Below, piece after piece: positions 41,448 to 52,350 of a stretch of DNA of 64,000 nucleotides. The position numbers and the translations under genes are program-made. The notes under the pieces were generated by a model. That model was given only the letters and a program-made list of their open reading frames with translations, was not told the DNA's origin and made no database searches. Origin of the DNA: Nitrosopumilus sp. (GTDB lineage Archaea > Thermoproteota > Nitrososphaeria > Nitrososphaerales > Nitrosopumilaceae); the NCBI GenBank assembly GCA_965223425.1, contig OZ245003.1, positions 2,272,001 to 2,336,000 of the forward strand. The letters are read 5' to 3'. Positions within the stretch are counted from its first letter, which is position 1; each line of letters begins with the position of its first letter.

Positions 41448-42239
41448 ATGGAACGAGATCGTTGTAAGGAAAAAGTAAGAACACTTTTTTTTAATTACTA
41501 CAATCGGGCAAATCTAACCCCGTTACATACGTCCATGATACAAAGAAAATTAGAGGACAGATATCCCCCGTGGAAGATAAGCGATACCCTCCAAAAAATG
41601 GAAAAAGAGCAAATTCTGAGGAGTATGGAAATTAAAACAAAGTACACAGGAAAAATTCGATTCTATTTTCCCGCAAAAATTGTGAGAAATTACGACGATG
41701 AAGAAAAAATAATGCTAAAAATAAAAAGAACTGCCAGTCATATTAGCAGATATTCCAGTCCAAAGATTACTGACATATTGGGAAGACATCTGCATGCTCT
41801 AGTAAAAAACGAACTCAGGGTTCAGGGGTTCAGAATCATTGATGAGGGAAGAGTAAATTCCCATAACGGCAGGCATTGGACTGAAACCAAACATAGTTTG
41901 GATCTGTTAGCCGTACATGAAAAAAAGCAACTGGCGGTGGGCGTAGAAGCTAAAAACGAACTGGACATAATGGACAGATCGGAGTTGAGAATAAAATTAA
42001 AACTATGTAAAGCATTACAGATAACTCCCATATTTGCATGTAGGTGGTTAGAGCCATACAGACAGGAAATAATGAATGGTGAGGGATTCCTTTGGCAATT
42101 TAAAACTCAGATGTTTCCCATAGGTTTTGAATCATTTGTTAAAGAAATAAAACAAAAGTTTGGATTTCCAGTCAAGGTTGCAACTGAGATTCCATGCAAG
42201 GCAGTTAAAGAATTTGAAAGTTGGGTTGAAACAAAATAA
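41448..42239 (+). CDS. wHTH + PD-(D/E)XK nuclease-fold protein
   Basis: HSLDLLAVHEKKQLAVGVEAKN motif; divergent from the AbiE-like pair. Confidence 0.65.
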   Translation: MERDRCKEKVRTLFFNYYNRANLTPLHTSMIQRKLEDRYPPWKISDTLQKMEKEQILRSMEIKTKYTGKIRFYFPAKIVRNYDDEEKIMLKIKRTASHISRYSSPKITDILGRHLHALVKNELRVQGFRIIDEGRVNSHNGRHWTETKHSLDLLAVHEKKQLAVGVEAKNELDIMDRSELRIKLKLCKALQITPIFACRWLEPYRQEIMNGEGFLWQFKTQMFPIGFESFVKEIKQKFGFPVKVATEIPCKAVKEFESWVETK

Positions 42240-42284
42240 CGTATTCAAAACGCAAGGCTGCAGATCGAAAAATATGGGCAGAGT

Positions 42285-42479
42285 TTAGGAAAAATTAGTT
42301 TTTTCAATGCCTAGTTTTTCTTGCAGGCGGTTTATTTTCTTGGCATGCTGCTCCATCCTTGCGTTATCCTGGTTATCTTTAGCCTGGTTATACTTGTCCC
42401 AGGTTTTTTTTAGTTCGGACCAATCCCCACCTACGATGTAGCTAGTTTTTTCATTTTTTTTCTGAATGAATTTGAACAT
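42285..42479 (-). CDS. Small coiled-coil hypothetical protein
   Basis: WSELKKTWDKY...HAKKINRLQEKLGIEKT. Confidence 0.5.
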   Translation of the reverse strand: MFKFIQKKNEKTSYIVGGDWSELKKTWDKYNQAKDNQDNARMEQHAKKINRLQEKLGIEKTNFS

Positions 42480-42561
42480 AATCTTTATCGCAAATTGATT
42501 TTTTCTGTCAAATGTCAAAGATTGTAAAGAGAATTGTCAATAATCAGTATTTACACAAGGC

Positions 42562-42890
42562 ATGTCTGCCAAGATATTACAGCGCATCCACATAAACAAG
42601 ACAAACATTGAGAAGATCCACAAATGGCAAAGACAGGCAAAAAGGAAGATTTTACTCCTGGAAATGCAGGGTTTTGTCACAGTAATACCGGACGAATCGA
42701 TTTTCACATATGATCCGGTAACTGGCAAAAAATACTTGACGCCGCACACGATGACCTTCTTGTGCTTCCTGTTGTACTGCGTGACGACAAGTTCTCCCCT
42801 AAGCGACTAGGATGCAGACGGCCGCAAGTTCTTTCGTACATGCGTGGGCAGGTTTGACAGGTATGCGGAAATGGTGCCCATTGACAATAC
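42562..42890 (+). pseudogene. Degenerate IS630 transposase fragment
   Basis: MSAKILQRIHINKTNIEKIHKWQ...DESIFTYDP aligns to IS630-A residues. Confidence 0.75.
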
Positions 42891-43271
42891 GCTATCACTT
42901 GACGCCATAATTTGACATCATGCTAGGCTGTAGAAAAATGCATTTGTTGACATGCACAAAAATCGGACAGGTTCTTTGCATGTCCTTTGTCTTCTGCGTG
43001 TCATGATTCAAAAATTAAAATCAATCAGCTAAATCAAATCTCATTTAATTAAACTGGAATTAAATCACTTGCATGAGACATGTATCCCAATAAAATTCAA
43101 CTTGGATCAAATTTTATTAATTTTAAGGAAGATTCAGAAAGGTAACCCATGGCAATACATTCTAAAAAGAATACTTTGGGAGAAGAGCAACTTTGAGGGA
43201 ATGACAGCTCATAAATGATTCACATAACAGTCAGAGAAACAATCCTAGAATGAAAACCTTAGAATAGCTGA

Positions 43272-43856
43272 TTAGATTTTCTCTAAAAGCTCTTTCTTTT
43301 TTTCTTCAAATTCTTCATTTGTAATCATTCCATCATCTCTTAATTTAGATAGTTTTTTTATCGTGTTTATTGGATCCTCTAGTAACGTAAAATCCATATG
43401 TCCATTTCCCTTACACTTGATGAAGAATGTTTTTGGTTTAATGTTTCCAACTTTTTTTGTTTTGTTGTATTCTTTTGCAAATACGTTTGTATCATAAGTT
43501 AATGTCTTGTCTTCACGTGTTGCACCAATATTGAATTTAGCAGATATTGGAGAATCCATCTACAGTATTTCCTTTAGTACAAGTTCATCAGAAGTATTCT
43601 TCCAAATCAAATATTTTGAATCCTCAAATGAAAACACATATTGCTTGTTTGTAACCATTTTATTCATATTTACATCAAATCCTGAATTTGTAAATTCTAT
43701 AATCCCTACAACATTATCACACATCACATCACCAGCATTTTTAAAATATTCAAAATGTTTACTTCCAACATCAAATCCTTTTTTAAAACTCGATAGAAAA
43801 GTAGTTTGTGCTATGGCTTGAATTAGTTCATGCGACCGAGCAACATTTAGACTCAA
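43272..43856 (-). pseudogene. SHOCT-domain protein interrupted by one in-frame TAG
   Basis: ORFs 43560-43856 and 43272-43559 are in the same frame, separated only by TAG. C-terminal SHOCT IKKLSKLRDDGMITNEEFEEKKKELL. Confidence 0.6.
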
Positions 43857-44215
43857 TTTTTACCATCCATTATTTTATGAAGATTAGTAGACATGTCTTT
43901 AATTAGTTTACGTAGATCATCTGCTTCTTTTTGTTTGTCCTCTAATGTTGGCTTGTATTTTGATTCAAACTCTACTAGAGTAGCAAATATTTTCATTAAT
44001 GTTGGAATTTCTTTATCTGAAAATTCTTTTATGAATGCATCAAATCCGCCTATATCTCCAAGATTTACATCTGCAAGCGATTCAAATTCTTTTTCGTATT
44101 TTTTTGACAAATTCAACATGTTTTCTATATATTCATCCATGTCATCAAAAACTCGCATCAAAAGTTTTAAAAAATCAATTATGCCGATATTTTTATCCAT
44201 AGCTTTTATGTCCAC
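43853..44215 (-). CDS. Alpha-helical hypothetical protein
   Basis: 120-aa acidic helical ORF overlapping the next gene by 4 nt. Confidence 0.6.
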   Translation of the reverse strand: MDIKAMDKNIGIIDFLKLLMRVFDDMDEYIENMLNLSKKYEKEFESLADVNLGDIGGFDAFIKEFSDKEIPTLMKIFATLVEFESKYKPTLEDKQKEADDLRKLIKDMSTNLHKIMDGKN

Positions 44216-44447
44216 ATTTAATTATCAACCAAATAGGTTATTATGTGTTCAAACAAATTATACAGTGATGCCTTGATGTACGGCCCCTTTACCACGTGGC
44301 TTGTTGGTGCAAAAAATTGGATCAGATGGCTAGTTATACAACACAGTAATCATCAGAACTGTAAAGTTATTGGGGCATAATTCTTCCTGTCAAGTGTCGG
44401 GGTGAGATTAACAAAATTATTTATTCTAATTGAAAGATAACGTTTTC

Positions 44448-44798
44448 GTGAAAGACATTGAATTCAAACTAAACGCAACTGACATTCATCCAAACTCAGA
44501 GATAAGGGGAACAATTACTGTCTCCTATCCAGGAAGATATGACGGGGTTGTGATAAACACCCAGATTTTGGACTCCAACGAGCATGTAGTCTACAAATCA
44601 TACAATGGAAAGAGCATATCACAGAATGTTTCAAGGCTGTTTATCAGCAAGGACGTAATGCCTGAAAACAAGGCAGAATTTACGGCATTGATCGAATTTG
44701 AGCCAGAGCAAGAACATGAGATTAAATTTAGGGCATCAATTATTGAGCAGCACAAAGAAATTGAAAGTCAGATAATTTTTGCAAAATATTCCATCTAG
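44448..44798 (+). CDS. Hypothetical beta-sandwich protein
   Basis: GTG start, host-like codon usage, convergent with the cupredoxin gene. Confidence 0.7.
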   Translation: MKDIEFKLNATDIHPNSEIRGTITVSYPGRYDGVVINTQILDSNEHVVYKSYNGKSISQNVSRLFISKDVMPENKAEFTALIEFEPEQEHEIKFRASIIEQHKEIESQIIFAKYSI

Positions 44799-45256
44799 AA
44801 TCTGCTCTTCTCAACTGTGATCGAGCCGGTCATCCATGGATGTGGTAGGCAGTGATAATGAACTTCCTGGGGTTCGGTAAACAGAAATTCATAGGCATCG
44901 CCTGGTTTAAGAACGCCTTCAGAGCCAAAGTCACCGCTGTAACTGTCAGAATGCCTATGATCAGGGGTTACAGTATGGGCAGTATCATCATTGTTTTGCC
45001 AGATTACTTTGTTGTCGATGTTCAGTAGTATAGTCGGAGAATTTGGAACATAGTTGTCATTTCCTTCAATCAGCGCACCTGGAACAATTTCGATGATTAG
45101 TTCTTTTTCAGGATGCAAGATGTGTTCGGACACAGACGGTTTTGCCAATGATTCAGGAAGGTAAAACGAAGTGTAAAATACCACTACAGCAGACATGCCA
45201 ATTATCAATGCAATAAGCCCTATACCGTATGCATGGCTTGATGTGGGTGCGCTCAT
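44795..45256 (-). CDS. Membrane-anchored blue copper (plastocyanin-like) subunit of complex III
   Basis: N-terminal TM helix; NDDTAHTVT and YHCLPHPWM type-1 Cu ligands. Confidence 0.92.
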   Translation of the reverse strand: MSAPTSSHAYGIGLIALIIGMSAVVVFYTSFYLPESLAKPSVSEHILHPEKELIIEIVPGALIEGNDNYVPNSPTILLNIDNKVIWQNNDDTAHTVTPDHRHSDSYSGDFGSEGVLKPGDAYEFLFTEPQEVHYHCLPHPWMTGSITVEKSRF

Positions 45257-46866
45257 TTGCTTGCCCTCTTGATATCATCTGCACCAATGTTTGGATTGTT
45301 GTTGTTATTGTCGTTGCCGTTGTTGTTTGCGCCAACTCCCAAATCTGCCTTAGTTTTTGGAGCGGGAATTTCCTGAGCCAGTTCTTTTGGCTTTTCTTTT
45401 GGTGCGGCATCCCCTTCCGGAAGCTTACTTGGTTCAGCAGATGCGGCTACAGGTTGGGCCAGCTTTGGTTTTTCTTCGTGTACGGGAACAGGTGGTGGTG
45501 GCGGGGCATTCTTTTGCTCACTCATGGCATATCTGTAGATATGGAAGAATGCTGCAAATACCAGCAAGATCAGCCCAACAAAGAACAGTGAGATGTTCTT
45601 CATTCCAGTCAGGGCTGCGTTATATGCTGCAATGTTTAGGAATACCTGGAATGCCAGCAGGGCAATCAGCAGCCAGTTAATCCATTTTTCAGAAAGCTTG
45701 ATTGTTGCAACTTGATTTGGGCCCGTACTTTTTGCAAGTTTTGACTTTCTTTCAGCCTCATTTGCAAGTTTTATCATCATGTAGGTAAATCCAAACCCTA
45801 GCGGAACCATCAAGATCATTGTAGAATAGAAGAATATTGGATCAATTACCAGGCGCTCTACTAGTGAAATGGAGGTGTCAGGCGAGATGTAGAATCCCCA
45901 ATATGTAGTGACCATAATTTGTGCAAGGCTTGTAATGCCAAACGCTGTGATTATTGGTCTGTCTCTCCATGAGAACTTTTTGTACCTGTCAATGAACGGA
46001 ACCAGCACAATTGAGATGATGAATATCAAGGGCCACATCAGCCCAGTTACAAACTTGTCATACTGTGTCCTCATGAATGCGTAAATTCCTGTAAGATACC
46101 ATTCAGGAACCGTTACGCCCGGCGGCACTGTCGGTTCAAACTTGAATCCCATATCAACTGGGAACACGCCGCCGGTGATGAGAATGGCACCTGAGATGGC
46201 CATAACCATAGGGACGTCAAATACCAGGAATCTTGGAAAGTGAACTGCCATCAGTCCTAGCATTACTACTGGCAACAAGAACACGTGTTGCGCATAGAAT
46301 CTTAATACAAAGTCTGAAAATCCGCTACCCAGCGCCGCATCGCGGATTGTCGGTCCGACCACCGGAATTGACGTGGTCAGAGACGCGGCGATGCTAATTG
46401 CAAGCTCTGCCCTTTCGCTGAATATGACATCATATCCTGTAAATGCCTCAAGGATTGTGACGACGCCCAAAATTACTCCCGTCATCCACAAGACTTCGTT
46501 TCTAATTTTGTATCTTCCGCTAAAGTACTGGTAGTACATGTGAAGAACAGCCAGAAGCACCATTGCGTTGGAACCATGGTAGTGAATGTTTCTTATGTGA
46601 AAGCCAAATGGGACTTCATCATTGATGAATTGAACACTGTCCCATGCCCTGTCCAATATTGGCTGATAGTAAAACATGAGAAGAGCTCCTGAAACTCCGA
46701 GAATGATAAATACAACAAATGTAAGCATTCCTAAGAATCCAAACGGACTTACAAATCTGGCAGGGAATGAAAACTTGATGGCAGTAAATATTGTCCTGTC
46801 TATTCCATCCCAAAGCCAGTAAAAGAATGCAACCAGTCCGGTTCTTCGTTCAAGCGAAACGGCCAT
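45253..46866 (-). CDS. petB: Cytochrome b/b6 of the bc-type complex
   Basis: RNIHYHGSNAM...LHM, RFYAQHVF...VH, PEWY motif. Confidence 0.95.
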   Translation of the reverse strand: MAVSLERRTGLVAFFYWLWDGIDRTIFTAIKFSFPARFVSPFGFLGMLTFVVFIILGVSGALLMFYYQPILDRAWDSVQFINDEVPFGFHIRNIHYHGSNAMVLLAVLHMYYQYFSGRYKIRNEVLWMTGVILGVVTILEAFTGYDVIFSERAELAISIAASLTTSIPVVGPTIRDAALGSGFSDFVLRFYAQHVFLLPVVMLGLMAVHFPRFLVFDVPMVMAISGAILITGGVFPVDMGFKFEPTVPPGVTVPEWYLTGIYAFMRTQYDKFVTGLMWPLIFIISIVLVPFIDRYKKFSWRDRPIITAFGITSLAQIMVTTYWGFYISPDTSISLVERLVIDPIFFYSTMILMVPLGFGFTYMMIKLANEAERKSKLAKSTGPNQVATIKLSEKWINWLLIALLAFQVFLNIAAYNAALTGMKNISLFFVGLILLVFAAFFHIYRYAMSEQKNAPPPPPVPVHEEKPKLAQPVAASAEPSKLPEGDAAPKEKPKELAQEIPAPKTKADLGVGANNNGNDNNNNNPNIGADDIKRASK

Positions 46867-47455
46867 ATCCAATTACTCCATTTTCATTTACGTCAAATTT
46901 TGGCGGCATGATAAATACAAATCCTTCTGAATCAATGTCCAAAGTTAGTTTAGGCAGTGTGTTTGATGGTGCAGCCTGTACTGATGCGGGTCCAATAAAG
47001 GCCGTTCCGGTTAATGGATCATACATGGTGCCATGACACGGGCATTCGCCCCTCTTTCTTCCATCATCTGGCCAATACTTCCACAAGCACCAAAGGTGGA
47101 GGCAGATCATGCTGTAAGCGCGAATTGATGACGCGTCACTTTTTGCACCGCCTAACTCTTCAGGCAACCTAATGAACTGCCATTTACGAAATGCCTCTGC
47201 GTCAAGTGCAGCATCGCCAGTAGCAGGATATGTGATTACTTCGGCGTGGTTAACTGGAAACGTGTTCATATTGGCCTGAGTGCCCTTAGGCAAAATTACC
47301 GGAACTCTTTCAAGGGATGCCTGATTTGGGTTTGGCATAAAATTACCAAATGGGACAAATGGAGCAAATGCTAATCCTGTGCCTGCGGCTCCTATCAACT
47401 TTAGAAAGTCCCTTCTGGATAACCCGCCAGACTTTTTTGTCCCAAGCTCTGACAT
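46850..47455 (-). CDS. petC: Rieske 2Fe-2S protein (Tat signal)
   Basis: SRRDFLK, CLHLWC, CPCHGTMY. Confidence 0.95.
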   Translation of the reverse strand: MSELGTKKSGGLSRRDFLKLIGAAGTGLAFAPFVPFGNFMPNPNQASLERVPVILPKGTQANMNTFPVNHAEVITYPATGDAALDAEAFRKWQFIRLPEELGGAKSDASSIRAYSMICLHLWCLWKYWPDDGRKRGECPCHGTMYDPLTGTAFIGPASVQAAPSNTLPKLTLDIDSEGFVFIMPPKFDVNENGVIGYGRFA

Positions 47456-47515
47456 TCAAGCTGACGTACTCGCCAAATTGCTTATAAACCTTGTTCAATT
47501 ATCAGCTAAGTCAAT

Positions 47516-48707
47516 TGTACGAAAAGTCAGTCCGCCTAGGATCAGAAGCAATGGATGATGATGATTATTTCAGACCGTACCGATCCAGAAAAGCTATGGC
47601 AAAAAGACTGACAGAAAAATCCCGACAGCAATAATCAGACAGCGCAAAAAGGGAATCGTCTCCTCCGCCCAGACAGCCGAGGATCTTGGCATCACGGCAA
47701 GGCACGTAAGAAGACTGGGCCCGGTTCCAGGAAATCGGAACAACACGCGTGAAGATGGGCAGGCTGCACAATCCAGTCGCAGCCGCCCAGATACGCCTTG
47801 TAACTGATGCACACCGGGACGACCCCGTGGGAGTCCTGCGCACTGCAAGGAGACTGAGGAACAATCATGGTACAAGCTACCGCGCAGTATACCGCATAAT
47901 GAAAAAGAACGGCATGGTAGCATCATCATCATCGGCTACAAAGTCAAAGAAGAGAAAGTACGTCAGCTTTGAGCGAAAATACTCTAACGCAATGTAGCAT
48001 GTGGACTGACACGAAATGAAAGATCTCTCTCTCCCTTGTTTATCACTTATGGGTTGATGCGGGCAAAGACTGGCACGAAATGAAAGATCTCCCTCCTTCC
48101 CTGCTTCCAAGGACTGCATCTGGTCACGTATCTTGATGATGCCTCAAGATGCATTACGGGTGCAGCGTTGCTGTTTGAGCATGCCGCTTCTGAGAATGCC
48201 GTAATGACACTCAGGCTTGCAATCAAGAGGTTTGGTGCGCCTGCATCCGTACTGTCTGATAACGGCTCGTGCTTTGTAGGACAAAACGGCAGAAAAAAGG
48301 CAGAAAAAAGGAACGTGGAGGCCCAACCCTCTTTGAGGAGGAACTGCTTGCAGGCGACATCATCCTGATAAACTCCAGGCCGTATCATCCCCAGACCAAC
48401 GGCAAGCTGGAGCGCCTTCACCGCAGCATAGAGGAGGAGATATGGCACTATGAGAGCCTGAGAAAATATGTCGACTATTACAACGAGAGAAGGCTGCACT
48501 TTTCGTTGGACATTGAAAACTGTGAGACGCCGCTCATGGCATTTAGAAACAAAAAGGCAATTGGGGCAGTCAGGAAAGATGACACAAAATGGATGGAGAG
48601 AGATGCTTGAGTATTACAACAAATCTCTTCAAATAGATTCAACAGGAAAGGTGGCCCAAAATGGATGTAGAGAGATGCCGATGACTAGCGAACCGACTTT
48701 CAGTATA
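47516..48707 (+). mobile_element. IS481-family element, degenerate transposase
   Basis: Ends TGTACGAAAAGTCAGTCCGCCTAG / CTAGCGAACCGACTTTCAGTATA. Motifs FERKYSNAM*HVD, LDDASR, LSDNGSCF, PYHPQTNGKLERLH, YYNERRLH. Many stops and frameshifts. Confidence 0.85.
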
Positions 48708-48805
48708 TTACAAAATCAATCTCTAAAGAAAACACCATGAATGTCTCTACTATTGATTATCTGTTCATTTTTATCAACAATAACTTTACCACAAACCCAA
48801 CATAC

Positions 48806-49063
48806 CTATTGGTTGATCTTACCACTACGAAAATCATCAGTCTGTTTGAGGAATTGATCTTTGTACTGTTCATCCATTTCAATCAGAGTGAACTTACTAT
48901 CTGATTGTAAGATCTCTTTTTTTTGCCAATAATCTTCAATTTTACCTTTAACATCATCAACTGAAAAGATATTACTGTACAAAATGCATCTTTGCAATCC
49001 ACCATTATAACCATAAATATTATCTGAAGATGTTTTGCATTTTGGGCAATAGCTACCATAGAT
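48806..49063 (-). pseudogene. Hypothetical gene remnant truncated by ISH3-B
   Basis: YCPKCK-containing frame whose 5' end runs into the IS terminus. Confidence 0.45.
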
Positions 49064-50368
49064 CAGTAGTTGGGATTGTACCGTTCCAAAACAGCCCACA
49101 AATCACCCGGTAGGCGGTGGTGGCCACCTGACATACACACATGCTGCAAACACGCGGATCATCCTGTTTAAAACACCGGCAAGTGTCACATGATATCTTT
49201 GTCTGCACACCGTGCGACGCAGGCCTATCCAGATGTTGTTTATCACCAGTGACAAGACAAACAAAAGCATCCGTACGGAGGGGTTCCTGCTGGCAGTGCG
49301 CGCGCGTACGCTCTTTGCAGACCTGTACCCCGTTTCAATTCCCCAACGTTTTTTGTACTGCTCTGGGATGTACTTGACAACGTCCCTTTCATTCTCGCAT
49401 GGCAGCGACGTTGCAAATGCGCGATACCTGTCAAACATGGTGCCGTCTTTTTTCCTGGCGTCATCCCTGATCAGAACCAGGTTGAACGTGAACTTTTCGG
49501 AGCCTGATTTTATGGTGTACCTGGAGACATCACCGCGCTTTCCTTGGGCGTGCTGTACAATGGCGCGCTTGATGCCGGCATTCTTTTTTGCCGGCATGAT
49601 AAAATGCCTGTGAAGCGATCTGACAGTCCGCATCACGTCTGTTGCGTAAAACTCCCTGTCAAGAAGGTAAAGATTGATTCCAAGGTGCAGCTTGGAGCAC
49701 TTTTTGATGGTTTTACGCACGAATTCGCCGTTGGATGTACCCCGGGTGACCGGACTGAAGCACAGGTTGGCCTCCTTGCCGCCCTGCACTATCTTGGATG
49801 TCATGTATGACTCAAACCTGTACGTTCCTGACTCGTATTTTGACTGTATGAGGTGCCTGAGGTCGGGGTTTTTGTCATGGTGCGGAATCTTGTGCTTGTC
49901 TATTGCAGCCACTGCCGTTTCGTTGCTGATGCGTCGCCTCATGCTGCGGCATGCCGTGTTGACCGTATCATGCATCATCTGGTCGCAGAAGCGGTTCATC
50001 TTGTCCTGCTTTATGATGCGCAGCTTTTTGAGCAGCCAGCTGCCCGACGGCATGCGGATGCCGGGAGAGCCGAGATCTCGCGCGCCGTTGGCGTATCCGT
50101 TGGAGCTGGCCATGACCAGTAGCATGTGCGCTGCATCCCTGAGGCAGTACAGCGTGTTGTGTCTTGTGCCAAAGGCAAGGTTCAGGTGTTGCAGTGCGGA
50201 CTGGAAGATTTTAAATCCCCTGATGTCTTGGTTCTGTTGGTGTGTTTGCCCATCTTTTTCGTACATGTTAAGGTGGGTGAGCATGCCTTGTATTTGGATC
50301 TGGTTGATCGTGTTTTGTTCTTAAAATGATCAGTTTGGGCTATCCAAAATGTACAATCCCAACTACTG
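49064..50368 (-). mobile_element. ISH3-family element B, copy 2 (transposase 49103-50284)
   Basis: Same TIR CAGTAGTTGGGATTGTAC; protein nearly identical to 30605-31786; no TSD. Confidence 0.92.
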
Positions 50369-50390
50369 ACGGTATATGTACTAAGACATT

Positions 50391-51491
50391 AGATGAGTTG
50401 CGCAATTACAATCAAAACCCCATCTTTCACTCGATAGTTTTTGATTTTATGGAATCACAACAAGCTTTTGCTTCCACCGTATCTTGAAATTAACAATTCT
50501 GCAAACTCTCACTAATAGTGTCATAACGACACAATCTGTTCCTAAATGTATCTGCACTAATTCTGAATTTTTTGATTTGTGCAATGACATGCTCCCTATC
50601 CTGATTCTAATTTTAGCTTGAGATTTGTTCCACTCTTTCTGAGAATCAGTTAATTTTTTTCTTGTATGGCAAAATGCTGGTCTGTTTTGGAAGGTCCTTT
50701 TCAATCCCCAAATATCCAAGGTCATAAAAGTTTAGCAGCTCTTCAGAATGTCGGATGTTTTGATTTGTAAATTTTGTAATCGTGACGACGTCCAGGTGAG
50801 TGTGCAGGTTTGTGAATTATGACTCTCAAGATTTATCGTAATCTGGTTTTGTACTGTGTGGTCTTTCTTTCTGCCTGAATAGTGTGTTTTACGTTTGCGT
50901 TTGTTTTTTGGTCTCAGTATTGGTTGCTCTGTACCATCTGTGATTGCAATTAATTCTGGGAAGAACTCTTGGAGTTACTGTATGCTGCTGATCTGTTTTG
51001 AATCTGCATACTTTTTGGCGGGAATTGGGATTGACTGTTTTGCTGCCGGCTCCAAATATCTGATATCTCGCATCACATTTGATTTGTTCAAATCAAATAT
51101 CATTCCCAACATATCGTGTGTTGTGTACATTCTGTAGTACATTAACAGCATCAGAACTCTGTCTTTGATTGATAGATCAAACTTGTGTCCTGCACCAATG
51201 TCTCTTTTTCTTTTCTTTTCTTTTCTTTTCTTTTCTTTTCTTTTCTTTTCTTTTCTGATAGACGTTTTGCTTCTGTAGTTTTGTAATTTTTTTGTATTTC
51301 TTTTGTATTTCTTTTGATAAGGAATCAAATTGTGGAACAGTCAGTCCCGTTATTGACAGGAATTGTTTTGGTCTTTTTGCTAGTTTCGTGTGATTGAACA
51401 TGAATTGAAAATGGTTATTTCTTAGCTTTGGATCTTGTTGTTAGGAAATATTGAGATTATACTCAAACTGAATCAATTGCGCAACTCATCT
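50391..51491 (-). mobile_element. IS5-family ISL2-like element, degenerate transposase
   Basis: 17-bp perfect TIR AGATGAGTTGCGCAATT, ATT duplicated. Motifs FLSITGLTVPQFDSL, LMLLMYYR, ITDGTEQPILRPK, YSGRKK. Confidence 0.88.
51206..51255. repeat. (TTTTC)10 microsatellite inside the ISL2-like transposase
   Basis: Ten perfect pentamer units, read directly. Confidence 0.95.
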
Positions 51492-51525
51492 ATTATATTG
51501 AACATTGAATAGCCGAATATTTAGT

Positions 51526-51924
51526 ATGAAATGGACTCATCGTAGGACTGTTGTTGTAGCCTACATCGCAATAGCAGTATTAGTAGTGACCAGACCAGAC
51601 TTTGAATATTGGCCTTGGTTACCACTTCTGGGCGTGGGTGGCGGTTCCATAATCTCCCTTAACATCATCGTGGTACGACGGCAACACAATCAGTCAGAAA
51701 GTGCAAAGATCGCTGCAAAGAAGGAAGAGCTCAAACTCCGAAAAATGGAAGACGACTACATGAACAAACCAATGCGCGATAACGGAAAACTCCTACTCAA
51801 GCTTTTGGTTGGTGTTGTTGCTCTTTTTGTGGTTTTTGCATTGGTTCGAGCTATATGGGAAGGGCCTGAATCAGCACAAGGCATAGTTGACTGGATTGAG
51901 CTACTACGATGTCAGTGTAGTTAG
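51526..51924 (+). CDS. Membrane hypothetical protein
   Basis: Three hydrophobic segments. Confidence 0.6.
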   Translation: MKWTHRRTVVVAYIAIAVLVVTRPDFEYWPWLPLLGVGGGSIISLNIIVVRRQHNQSESAKIAAKKEELKLRKMEDDYMNKPMRDNGKLLLKLLVGVVALFVVFALVRAIWEGPESAQGIVDWIELLRCQCS

Positions 51925-52350
51925 TACGTGGTTAGTACCAAATTGCCATGTTTACACAACTAACAGAGGCAACCAAAAAAGAGCATGAAATGTAAATTGA
52001 TCCGCTCCTATCACCGTACCCTGACTCCATGTAGCATATGGACAAGAAGAAGCTCTATGACAGGATATGTTTCCTGTACTATGAGGACTACACATCAAGG
52101 TTTGTCATGACGCAAGTAAAGTTTCTATTCTCCTAAGATCCACATTTTCGATCAGTAGTGGATTGTTAATCGAGGTCACTTTGGAACAGCAGTGTCCGTA
52201 ATTGTAGTTATAACAAAGTCGCGCAGGATACCTTTGAGCTAACCGCCAGGTATCAGAATTCAGGAGGCTGGGTCATCATAGATGAACAGAACCCGCAATA
52301 GAGAACCGATCAAGGATTAGTTTAAATCATAGAAGAGAAAGCAGGCTTTT

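Noticed and set aside
43560-43562. Pyrrolysine/amber recoding
   Set aside because: No pyl machinery is seen, and TAG is used as a normal stop elsewhere in the window.
44282-44296. GGCCCCTTTACC as attR matching the tRNA 3' end (GGCCCGTTTACC)
   Set aside because: Only about 12 bp with a mismatch; plausible position but too short to support.
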